Shown in pieces: positions 9,326 through 17,972 of a stretch of DNA of 52,734 nt (position 1 is the stretch's first letter; each line of letters opens with the position of its first letter). The notes beneath the pieces were generated by a model. It was not told the origin of the DNA. It ran no database searches and saw only the letters and a program-made list of their open reading frames with translations. The position numbers and the translations under genes were made by a program. Source of the stretch: Candidatus Bathyarchaeota archaeon (GTDB taxonomy: Archaea > Thermoproteota > Bathyarchaeia > Bathyarchaeales > DTEX01); assembly GCA_018396405.1 (NCBI GenBank), contig JAGTQD010000004.1, positions 1 to 52,734 on the forward strand. The letters run 5' to 3'.

Positions 9326-11182
9326 ATGGTTGGTGGGTATGCTGGTAAAATACTGAGAATTAACCTCTCTAACAAAAAATTTCACATAGAGGATCTCGAT
9401 TTATCTTTGGCAAAGAGTTTGCTTGGCTGCCTTGGAATCGCATCTAAAATCATGCTTGAAGAAGTAGATCCAGCTGTGGAACCGTTTAGCCCAGAAAATA
9501 AGCTGATTTTCTTAACAGGAGTCTTAACAGGTTCCACAGCTCCGGCAGCATGTAAGTCTATTGTCGTATCAAGATCCCCCCTAACGAACATTTGGGGCGA
9601 ATCTGTTTTCTCAGCTAATACTGGAATCGAGCTTAAACGTGCGGGATACGACATGCTTATAATTGATGGAGCGTCAGACAAGCCAGTATACTTATGGATA
9701 CATGATGATAGCATCGAAATTAGGGATGCAAGCGGCTTCTGGGGCATGGACACCTACACAACCTGCGAAGCCATAAAGAATGATTTGGGTGAGAAAAAAG
9801 CTGCTGTTGTATGCATTGGCCCAGCTGGCGAGAATCTCGTCAGGATATCTTCAATTATAAGCGATAATGGTAGGGCTGCAGGACGGTGCGGTTTGGGCGC
9901 AGTTATGGGCTCAAAGAATCTAAAGGCTATAGCAGCTCTCGGCTCTAAAAATATAGAAGTTGCTAATCCAGGTCTTCTCAATGATCTAAGGAAGGAAATA
10001 ATAAGCATTACGAGAGAGCGTTTAAAGGCTCTCTCCGATTATGGAACTGCTAGGGGTGTTGTAGCTTTTGAAGAGATGGGAAACCTACCAATAAAAAATT
10101 GGACGAAGGGCAGGTTTCAGGGAGCCGAGAAAATATCTGGCATGAGGATGGCTGAGACAATTCTAGTGGGTAAAAAAGCTTGTTTTGCATGCCATATAGC
10201 TTGCGGAAGATATATTAGAGTAAGTGAGGGGCCTTACGCCCCCCTCGAAGGTTATGGCCCAGAGTATGAGACTATAGCAGCTCTCGGCTCCCTCTGCATG
10301 AATGATAATTTAGAGAGCATAGCAAAAGCAAACGACTTATGTAATAGGTTTGGGCTTGACACAATATCTACTGGCGCAACAATAGCCTTTGCAATGGAAT
10401 GTTACGAGAGGGGCATAATAACTAAAGACGATACTGGAGGAATCGAGCTTAACTGGGGTAACCTGGACGCGATAATCAAGGTTATTGAGCTTATAGGTCG
10501 GAGAGAGGGCATCGGCGCCATATTGGGTGAGGGGTCGAAAAGAGCAGCTGAGAAAATAGGTGAGGCTGCTGAGAGGTACGCGATGCATGTTAAGGGGCTT
10601 GAGATCCCAATGCATAGCCCATATCGATTCAAAGAGATGGGACTACAGTATGCGGTTTCTGAAAGGGGGGCTTGTCATTTAAGAGGGCTCTCCATGCTCC
10701 CGGCGAGAGGGATTCTTTTTCCGGATATAGGGTTTGATCGGCAAGTGGATGGATTCTCAATCGAGGGAAAAGCCCATTTAGTTAAGGTTATGCAGGATAT
10801 ATGCCGTGTAGTTGACGCTCTGGGACTCTGTAAGTTCGTATATCTTTTCGGCGGAGTGCCGCTAAGGAGACTCCCTCAACTTTACACGGCGGTGACTGGG
10901 TGGGAGACATCATTAGACGATTTAATGAGAGCTGGGGAGAGAATATGGATCCTTCAAAGGATCTTTAACGTAAGGATGGGTGTAAGAAGAAAAGATGACA
11001 TGTTGCCCAAAAGGTTCCTAGAGGAACCACTAAACGAAGGGGCCGCTAAGGGACAGATTGTCGAGCTGGAACCTATGCTCAACGAATTCTATGTGGAGAG
11101 GGGATTAGACGATGAAGGTAGGCCGAAAATGGAGAAGGTTCTTGAACTAGGCCTAAATTTTGCAGCAAAATATATTGCTTAG
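9326..11182 (+). CDS. aor: Tungsten aldehyde:ferredoxin oxidoreductase family
   Basis: SRSPLT, GRCGLGAVMGSKNLKAI, CFACHIAC, EYET, DTIS, RGACH and DALGLC. ATG 9326 taken as start. Confidence 0.93.
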   Translation: MVGGYAGKILRINLSNKKFHIEDLDLSLAKSLLGCLGIASKIMLEEVDPAVEPFSPENKLIFLTGVLTGSTAPAACKSIVVSRSPLTNIWGESVFSANTGIELKRAGYDMLIIDGASDKPVYLWIHDDSIEIRDASGFWGMDTYTTCEAIKNDLGEKKAAVVCIGPAGENLVRISSIISDNGRAAGRCGLGAVMGSKNLKAIAALGSKNIEVANPGLLNDLRKEIISITRERLKALSDYGTARGVVAFEEMGNLPIKNWTKGRFQGAEKISGMRMAETILVGKKACFACHIACGRYIRVSEGPYAPLEGYGPEYETIAALGSLCMNDNLESIAKANDLCNRFGLDTISTGATIAFAMECYERGIITKDDTGGIELNWGNLDAIIKVIELIGRREGIGAILGEGSKRAAEKIGEAAERYAMHVKGLEIPMHSPYRFKEMGLQYAVSERGACHLRGLSMLPARGILFPDIGFDRQVDGFSIEGKAHLVKVMQDICRVVDALGLCKFVYLFGGVPLRRLPQLYTAVTGWETSLDDLMRAGERIWILQRIFNVRMGVRRKDDMLPKRFLEEPLNEGAAKGQIVELEPMLNEFYVERGLDDEGRPKMEKVLELGLNFAAKYIA

Positions 11183-11466
11183 TGAGGGTGCAGATGATTA
11201 AAGTAAAACTAGTGTTCTTAGATGAAGATTTGAGAAAGGCTTTGGGAATTAAAGAGGATACCTTTAATCTTCCCGAAGGCTCAACGATTAAAGAGTTATT
11301 GTTGGCGGCTGCCTTAAAGTATGGTGAGAAAATTATAGAGAAAGTGTCAAAAGCTGGAACAATAATAGCGCTCAATGGCCAAAATATAGAGTTTCTGGGT
11401 GGGACGAATGCTAGATTATTCGATGGGGATAGAGTTGCAATAATCCCCCAGATAGAGGGTGGCTGA
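11182..11466 (+). CDS. MoaD/ThiS/SAMP ubiquitin-like sulfur carrier
   Basis: Beta-grasp pattern with C-terminal IEGG. Start overlaps the aor stop. Confidence 0.9.
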   Translation: MRVQMIKVKLVFLDEDLRKALGIKEDTFNLPEGSTIKELLLAAALKYGEKIIEKVSKAGTIIALNGQNIEFLGGTNARLFDGDRVAIIPQIEGG

Positions 11467-11546
11467 ACATATGAGGAGCACGAGCATAATATACTTTTAT
11501 ATCTCTTTAGACAAATAGCTTCACAAAATGTTATGTGAGTGTTTAA

Positions 11547-12530
11547 ATGCCGCTCGTTAACGGAAAAGATCTACTCTTACCAGCTTTCAAAGAAGGAAAA
11601 GCCGTCGGCGCATTTAACGCAAATAATATGGAAATGACCCAAGCAATTATATGGGCTGCAGAAGAAATTAGCAAGGAACTGGGTGAACCCGTTGGAGTGA
11701 TAATTCAAGTTAGTCCAGGAGCCGTGAAATATGCTGGCTGGTCCCTCGCCGCTGGAATTGTTAAGATCGCGGCTGCTGAGACCGACGTGCCTGTGGCATT
11801 AAACCTTGATCATGCAACCGAGATAGAGCAAATTAAGAGGGCTCTTGAGATGGGCTTTACATCTGTCCTCTTCGACGGCTCTTCACTACCGCTGGAGGAG
11901 AATATCCGCTTAACTAAAAAGGTTGTTGAAATATGCCACGCTAGGGGTGTACCAGTTGAGGCAGAGATCGGTAAGATACCTAGAATAGAAGACTATTTTA
12001 CTGAGTCTGAAATAGCCTATTTAAGATCTATCCCTCCTGCCGAGGCTGTGAGGATCATACGTGAGAGGACAAGAAAATCTCTTGATGATTTAGTGGCCAA
12101 GCCAGAGGATGCTGAATATTTTGTTAGAAATACTGGATGCGATTTTCTTGCAGCCGCATTTGGTTCGATCCATGGAATGTGGGATGATATATGGCCCATA
12201 AGGCTCGACCTATTAATCGCCATAAAGGAGAGGGTGCGTATACCGCTTGTCTCGCATGGTTCTTCTGGGATACTCAGGACAAAAAAGGATGCTGAAAGAA
12301 AGGGGATCCCCCTCTTAGAGGGAGAAGGAACACTGCTAGATGCCATTAAGTTTGGTGGTGTAGCAAAGGTTAATGTTGCAACAGCACTATCTGTAGCATT
12401 CATAGATGGCTTTATAGAGACATGGAGAGCTAATCCGTCTGAAAAAGACTTCCGCAAACTTGGCGAAAATGCCCGTAATAAGGTAAAAGAAAAGGTGAAG
12501 GAATACATAAATCTTTTTGCGGGAAAATAA
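11547..12530 (+). CDS. Class II (metal-dependent) fructose/tagatose-bisphosphate aldolase family
   Basis: GAFNANN, LNLDH, FDGS, VEAEIG, SIHG, SHGSSG and KVNVAT. Confidence 0.9.
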   Translation: MPLVNGKDLLLPAFKEGKAVGAFNANNMEMTQAIIWAAEEISKELGEPVGVIIQVSPGAVKYAGWSLAAGIVKIAAAETDVPVALNLDHATEIEQIKRALEMGFTSVLFDGSSLPLEENIRLTKKVVEICHARGVPVEAEIGKIPRIEDYFTESEIAYLRSIPPAEAVRIIRERTRKSLDDLVAKPEDAEYFVRNTGCDFLAAAFGSIHGMWDDIWPIRLDLLIAIKERVRIPLVSHGSSGILRTKKDAERKGIPLLEGEGTLLDAIKFGGVAKVNVATALSVAFIDGFIETWRANPSEKDFRKLGENARNKVKEKVKEYINLFAGK

Positions 12531-12674
12531 ATTGATAATAACGTATTGAGTAAATTATGAAGATCTTCTTTGCATTATTCTCCCACATACGTTAAGGGCA
12601 ATATCAATATTTATTTAAAGTGAAAAGTATATATTTCATGTCTTTAATAATATTACCTTAGGTTATGATGCAAT

Positions 12675-13682
12675 ATGGAACAAAGAAAGATTATGTCTCT
12701 TGGGCGTTCCTCATTAGTGATTTCTCTTCCGAAATATTGGACCCAGCTGGCCGGGTTAAAGGCTGGTGACATAGTCTCAGTAGCCGTTGGCCGAGACCGC
12801 TCCTTAATAGTTTATCCTGGCCTCAAAAAGGAAAAGGAGATGAGTGAGATAACTCTTCATATCGAGCCCGATGAGGATCTCTTTCTTATATCCAGAAAGA
12901 TATCTGCCTGCTATCTTAATGGTTACTCAATAATTAAACTTGTTTCAAAAAATTATTTCACACCTTCACAGCAAAGGGTTATACAAAAGACTGCCCGGAG
13001 ACTCTACATGCGCATCATGGAAGCCGATATAAGGGAAGTCCGCTTAATGACCCTCATGGATGAATCAAAGGGTTCAGTAAAGGCTAGTGTATCAAGGATG
13101 TATAATGTTTCTAGTTCTATGTGCCATGACGCGCTTACAGCCCTCAAAAACCATGATACTGATTTAGCCAGATCTGTATATATTCTCGGCGGCGAAGTCG
13201 ACCACTTCACTTTCTTTCTTTCAAGGTTAATTCGAAGAGCATCTATAGATCCATCTCTAGCGAACGATCTTGGACTCGACGCCATCGACTGCCTTGATTA
13301 TCAGTCCTTGATCTACAATATTAAAAATGTTGCTGATCAGACCACAAATATAGTAAAGCATATCATAATGCTTGAGGAAAGAAAAAAGAGGATCACTGAT
13401 CGATTATTGGAAAAATTATACTCTTTTGGTCATAATGCCCTATCTATTTACGAAAAAGCGTTCTCATTATTTTCGGGAGGAGACTTAAAAATATTAAGTG
13501 AAATCTCTAGATGTAAAAGTCAACTAAGAAAAATAGACGAAGAGATAGCAACCCTATCTTTTACGGAAGAAAAAAGTGCAGAGACGATATGCGCATGCTG
13601 CGCTTTACGCGACAGTATACTGCGAATAGGAGACTACGCAGCTAATATAGCCGAGATAGCGGTTAATCGGCTCTATAGGTAA
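12675..13682 (+). CDS. AbrB-PhoU family regulator
   Basis: N-terminal RKIMSLGRSSLVISLPKYW AbrB domain followed by two PhoU helical repeats (RIGDYAANIAE). Confidence 0.9.
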   Translation: MEQRKIMSLGRSSLVISLPKYWTQLAGLKAGDIVSVAVGRDRSLIVYPGLKKEKEMSEITLHIEPDEDLFLISRKISACYLNGYSIIKLVSKNYFTPSQQRVIQKTARRLYMRIMEADIREVRLMTLMDESKGSVKASVSRMYNVSSSMCHDALTALKNHDTDLARSVYILGGEVDHFTFFLSRLIRRASIDPSLANDLGLDAIDCLDYQSLIYNIKNVADQTTNIVKHIIMLEERKKRITDRLLEKLYSFGHNALSIYEKAFSLFSGGDLKILSEISRCKSQLRKIDEEIATLSFTEEKSAETICACCALRDSILRIGDYAANIAEIAVNRLYR

Positions 13683-13691
13683 ATCGTGCCT

Positions 13692-15416
13692 TCATTTCCT
13701 CTTTTTTGAAGGATAACTTAGCGTCACAGAGAGTTTTGAAGATAAAACTTCGCCTCTCAGGATCTTTCTTGCCAGCTGAAGGGCGTAGTTATATTCAAAA
13801 ATAGATGGTTTCTCTGCTCTCCGAGCTTCTCTTAGAATCTCCTGCTCCAGCCTATATTTTAGTCGGCCTATAGTCAAGGCGCCTATTGCATATACTCCTG
13901 GAACAATCTCTTTTGCATCGTCATCAAGCCTTATCCCCTCAACGCCCAGTGGTGGAACTGCGTTAACATCAGCTATAACCTTAACGGTCTTAACGGCGTT
14001 TAACATCTCTTTATCAATAACTTGAATACCAGCACCAGCAGCGCAGAAGATCACATCCGCCCTTTCAATAACCTCCATTTTCTTCTCCCTAGTTGGGGCG
14101 AAGACCCCCTTAACTTCAGCGTTATACCTTGTTCTAAGTAGATTTGATAAATTTACAACATACTCTTCCCCGTCTGTACGCTGCGGGTTAGGGCTAACTA
14201 TCGTAACATCGCATCCAAGCCTAGATAATAAGATCGCTACCGTTCTTCCAACAGCGCCAGTCCCGAGAACCGTACATCTTTTACCACTTAGGGCTCCAAG
14301 GCTTAAGCGAGCTAAAGTCTCTTCAACTTTAGCAACCATGGCGGCTGCAGTAGTATAGGCTCCGGCAGGATCAATTATGATGCTCGTTTTAAATGGCGGA
14401 AACATTGACTCCTGAACAACTTTAAAGACTTCCTCAGTCTTATCCATATCCTTTCCCCCAATGAAGAAGCATGTCCGCCTAATTCCCTTCGGATCCCTTG
14501 AAAAGATTGCGTCTTGAACTATCTTCTTCGCATCTTTTGCAGATACATTTTCATATGGGATAACAATGTTGAAGCCAGCGTCATAGGCCATACATATATC
14601 AAATGGGCTGGCTTTCTCATCTGTATCCAAAAAGAATAATATATATGGAATTTCCTCCTCAGTAGACTTTTTAATTACTGGTTTAATTTGAATTTGCATT
14701 ACCCTCAATAATTCCCTGAGGTCACTTGAGGATACTTTTTCTGTAAAAATTACTTTTTTCTCTGGTTTAATTACTTCTACTTCTACGTCAACGGATTCTA
14801 AAATCTTTTTGACACCGTTTACGTGCTCCGGGCTAGATAGATGTATGCAGACAATCTCCTCTTTATCGATCTTTCTAGCATTCTCAAGAATCCCCATCAC
14901 TATCCATCTTTCTCTAACAGAAAACTTTATTTCGCGTTCAGCTTCCTCAATTTCCTGCTGCAAATACTGTAAATAAGCGGTTAAGAATTCTTCTTCGAAT
15001 GTCCTCGCTTCTCTTTTTTCATCAGAAATTTCTTCAAGAGCTTTTATTATCTCATCCCTTAACCTTATCTTTTCATCCACTAAAGATGCAAGGCTCTCCT
15101 TTGCACGCTCATCGATATCGACAGGGAATAATGGCACATCTTTCTTTTTAAAGACCTGATATAAAGCGTTATTCTCCACAAACTCTTTCAATGTCCGGTT
15201 ACCCAGCTCCTCTGTTGCAAAGTCAGGTTTGACCTCGTTAATGAGTCTTTCAATAAATTCGCAGAAGGCTATTGATGGCTTGAAAGCGGATGGAACGGAA
15301 TTTCTAGATCTATCATAGATCGGCTTAGTGATCCAGAATGGTTCACTATACTCCTTCTCGACAATAAACACTTTCAATCTCTTCCCTTCAAGCGGACTTA
15401 TCTCAAGCGCCTTCAT
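13692..15416 (-). CDS. NAD(P)-dependent methylene-H4MPT/H4F dehydrogenase (MtdA/MtdB family) with a ~255-aa N-terminal extra domain
   Basis: ASPFDICMAYDAG, VQDAIFSR, FIGGKD, SMFPPF, DPAGAYTTAAA, GTGAVG and DVNAVPPLG in the C-terminal ~320 aa. Confidence 0.85.
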   Translation of the reverse strand: MKALEISPLEGKRLKVFIVEKEYSEPFWITKPIYDRSRNSVPSAFKPSIAFCEFIERLINEVKPDFATEELGNRTLKEFVENNALYQVFKKKDVPLFPVDIDERAKESLASLVDEKIRLRDEIIKALEEISDEKREARTFEEEFLTAYLQYLQQEIEEAEREIKFSVRERWIVMGILENARKIDKEEIVCIHLSSPEHVNGVKKILESVDVEVEVIKPEKKVIFTEKVSSSDLRELLRVMQIQIKPVIKKSTEEEIPYILFFLDTDEKASPFDICMAYDAGFNIVIPYENVSAKDAKKIVQDAIFSRDPKGIRRTCFFIGGKDMDKTEEVFKVVQESMFPPFKTSIIIDPAGAYTTAAAMVAKVEETLARLSLGALSGKRCTVLGTGAVGRTVAILLSRLGCDVTIVSPNPQRTDGEEYVVNLSNLLRTRYNAEVKGVFAPTREKKMEVIERADVIFCAAGAGIQVIDKEMLNAVKTVKVIADVNAVPPLGVEGIRLDDDAKEIVPGVYAIGALTIGRLKYRLEQEILREARRAEKPSIFEYNYALQLARKILRGEVLSSKLSVTLSYPSKKRK

Positions 15417-15606
15417 ATTTTATCACCAAATGTATATATTCAAAAACTAAATAAATATTTAATCGAAATATTATATGTAAAAAGTAATATCGTATATATC
15501 TTTGTTTGAAATCATCAGTTAATACTTAGAAACTGTTAATAAAGAGTTGGGGGACTCGCACTAAAATGAGTTCAAGTCTATTTTACTTAATTGGAATTTT
15601 GCTCCG

Positions 15607-15783
15607 CTAACTTAAATATAAAAATTTGAGGGTCATCCTTGTCCAGTGGGCTCTAACCCGCTCTAAAAGCAGGTATGACGCGTCAGTTATCGTTTATCCC
15701 TTAACCTTACGTCTTTTCTCCAGTCTCAATAAACTTTTTAGAATCTCCCTTTAACGATCAATAAGTATGTAAGTTCGAACCAT
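15607..15783 (-). pseudogene. Possible decayed small gene (Lrp/AsnC ligand-binding-like start)
   Basis: Reads MVRTYILIDR*REILKSLLRLE...* with in-frame stops. The resemblance is weak. Confidence 0.2.
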
Positions 15784-15936
15784 TTTGGCCATCATATTTT
15801 AATAAAAATATAATGGAGGTGGAAGCAACAATTAGACAAGATATAAAGAGATTTGCAGAAGACTGCAGATCACTTTAATAGTGTAGAAAAATTCTTCCTC
15901 TCATCTTTTTAATACTTAGAATATTCATTTAATCTT

Positions 15937-16028
15937 TCATAGTTTTCTCTTCGATAATACTGTAATGATTGTTGTGGTAGTGCTATTAATGTGAGGACTA
16001 TTGTTATCGACGGGTATTCTGGGATTAC
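15937..16028 (-). pseudogene. Frameshifted C-terminal remnant of a PEF-CTERM-type surface protein
   Basis: Minus strand reads VIPEYPSITIVLTLIAL, then after a frameshift TTTIITVLSKRKL-stop: motif, TM helix and basic tail. Confidence 0.55.
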
Positions 16029-16510
16029 CCAGTAGGCGCAATTGTCTCTGCAAAAATTGAAGATTACCATTATTTATTTATGATTGCTGCTATTTCCTTG
16101 CTTTAGCTATATTTCTTGCATTCCTATGAGAAGATTTTAACGTTATGTAATGTGCCTTCACCCATTATAACTTCGGTTTTCGACGCGACATCGTAGAATC
16201 TAAAACATGGGACTCTCAAAACCCTTTTTAGATCCTTGATTCCTATTCCCATTCCTTCATCTTCTCCCCAGCGTACTTCAAAAAACTAAATATCTTGTGG
16301 CATATCCAGCGCTCTCTTTAGCATCATTTTAGAATTAGACTTCGTAAGAATCTCTATCTTAATTAAAATTATTTGGCCACTCATCGCATAAGTGCGAATC
16401 TTTTTATTGGATCCACTAATAGAAGAGCGGCCTAAAGCCAAAAATGAGACAAAACATCTTAAAATGGAAAATTGTAATGGCGCATTATTTATGGTTCTCG
16501 AACCCAAAAG

Positions 16511-16648
16511 TGGCGGGCCCGCCGGGATTTGAACCCGGGATCTCCGGCTCTCCTTAGCTCCCTTCACGTCTGAGGTTCACTTTAGAAGGCCGGCGCGTTA
16601 TCCATGCTACGCCTCCCGAATCGGGTTTGAGCCCGATTTCACGGGCCC
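16511..16648 (-). tRNA. tRNA-Arg(TCT) with two introns (16613-16639 at 9/10; 16550-16582 at 37/38) and encoded CCA
   Basis: The spliced 78-nt cloverleaf is GGGCCCG-TG-GCGT-AGCATGGATA-ACGC-G-CCGGC-CTTCTAA-GCCGG-AGATC-CCGGG-TTCAAAT-CCCGG-CGGGCCC-G-CCA, with all four stems fully paired. Confidence 0.95.
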
Positions 16649-16689
16649 ATATTATTATCCCAGCGGCCCATCTTATTTTGATAATACAG

Positions 16690-16712
16690 TGAAATTTAAA
16701 TTTAATCTTTAA
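16690..16712 (-). promoter_or_regulatory. Putative TATA box for the tRNA (region shared with the divergent dcd-like gene)
   Basis: AAAGATTAAATTTAAATTTC on the minus strand, about 45-60 nt upstream of the tRNA 5' end. Confidence 0.35.
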
Positions 16713-16795
16713 TTTGACATATTTTTTACATATATGTTTATGTATTCGAGAAAGTTTTAAATTTCAAGAGTTTTCCATCTTGATGGGTGTTATAG

Positions 16796-17320
16796 ATGTG
16801 CATACTTGGTAGAGATAAGCTGCTGGAGTTGATAGAGAAGTATAAGTGTATTCATCCATTTGATCCTAATCTTCTCGACGGAGATGGCTATATTTTGACT
16901 GTTAAAGAAGATGTTACATTACAGTATCTTGAGCATAAAAATCTCATATCGAATGAAATTGTATTCACTCCATCAAATATCGTTGCACATTTGACGGCAA
17001 AGAGTAAATATGGTAGGATGGGTCTATCTTTTCTTAATGCAGCCAAGGTGCATAGCGGCTTTGTTGGGAGACTTGCCTTAGAAGTAGTTAATCTGAGCAA
17101 CGATAGACAGCCAATAACAATTAAGCGTGGGGATCCATTCATGCACATAGAATTTATAACTAGAGTGGGCGCCCCATCCCCCTATACGGGTGAATATCAA
17201 TTCCAATATATGACTGATGAAGAAATAAATCTATACATTCCAATTTTAAAAAATGTCTTTGAGAATTACGATGAATTGGCTAAAATATGGTTCAGGAATA
17301 GACCATTAACCTTCAAATAA
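16796..17320 (+). CDS. dCTP deaminase/dUTPase-superfamily protein (divergent)
   Basis: AKSKYGRMGL, VHSGFVGRLALE and PYTGEYQFQ correspond to Dcd motifs. Confidence 0.75.
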   Translation: MCILGRDKLLELIEKYKCIHPFDPNLLDGDGYILTVKEDVTLQYLEHKNLISNEIVFTPSNIVAHLTAKSKYGRMGLSFLNAAKVHSGFVGRLALEVVNLSNDRQPITIKRGDPFMHIEFITRVGAPSPYTGEYQFQYMTDEEINLYIPILKNVFENYDELAKIWFRNRPLTFK

Positions 17321-17431
17321 ATTTAATTTAGCTTTAACCGAGTTAATTTTGCTTTGAATTAACCCACACCTTTATATCTAAGGTTTAAATATTTTGATGA
17401 AAATTTAGTAATGGAGTTCAGGGAATAGAAT

Positions 17432-17956
17432 ATGAAGGCGCGAAATTACAGAGAAGTTAAGGGTATGGCATATACTAGAATAGAATATATTGATAGCATT
17501 CCACAGCCAAAAATAACAAAGTATACTCTAGGAAAGCCTTTAGAGACCTATACCTACCAAGTTTCACTCGTAGCAAATGAAAGAGTTCAAATCAGGCATA
17601 ATGCCCTCGAAGCAGCACGTGTCGCAGCCAACAGATATTTACAGAAGATGCTCGGTGAAAGGTTCTTTATGCGGGTTATTCCTATTCCACACATTATTTT
17701 AAGAGAGAATAAAATGATATTCGGTGCGAAGGCTGAAAGGCTCCAGAAAGGTATGCGTAGAGCTTTTGGTAAACCTGTTGGTAGGGCGGCCCGGGTTGAA
17801 CCGAATCAAGAGATAATAGTCATTAGGGTAGATGAAAGCGGTTTAGAAGTTGCGAAAGAAGCTCTTAGAAGGGCTGCCTCTAAGATTCCAACCACATGCA
17901 GAATAACAGTTGAAAAGATCTCTAGTCAGCAAGTTAATTCTCAGGGCGGCGAATGA
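17432..17956 (+). CDS. rpl10e: 50S ribosomal protein uL16 (L10e)
   Basis: QIRHNALEAAR, LRENKM and GMRRAFGKP. Confidence 0.97.
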   Translation: MKARNYREVKGMAYTRIEYIDSIPQPKITKYTLGKPLETYTYQVSLVANERVQIRHNALEAARVAANRYLQKMLGERFFMRVIPIPHIILRENKMIFGAKAERLQKGMRRAFGKPVGRAARVEPNQEIIVIRVDESGLEVAKEALRRAASKIPTTCRITVEKISSQQVNSQGGE

Positions 17957-17972
17957 CGCGAGAGGATGAAAA

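Noticed and set aside
16286-16567. 93-aa minus-strand ORF
   Set aside because: It starts inside the tRNA intron, runs through the tRNA 3' exon and has no protein-like features.
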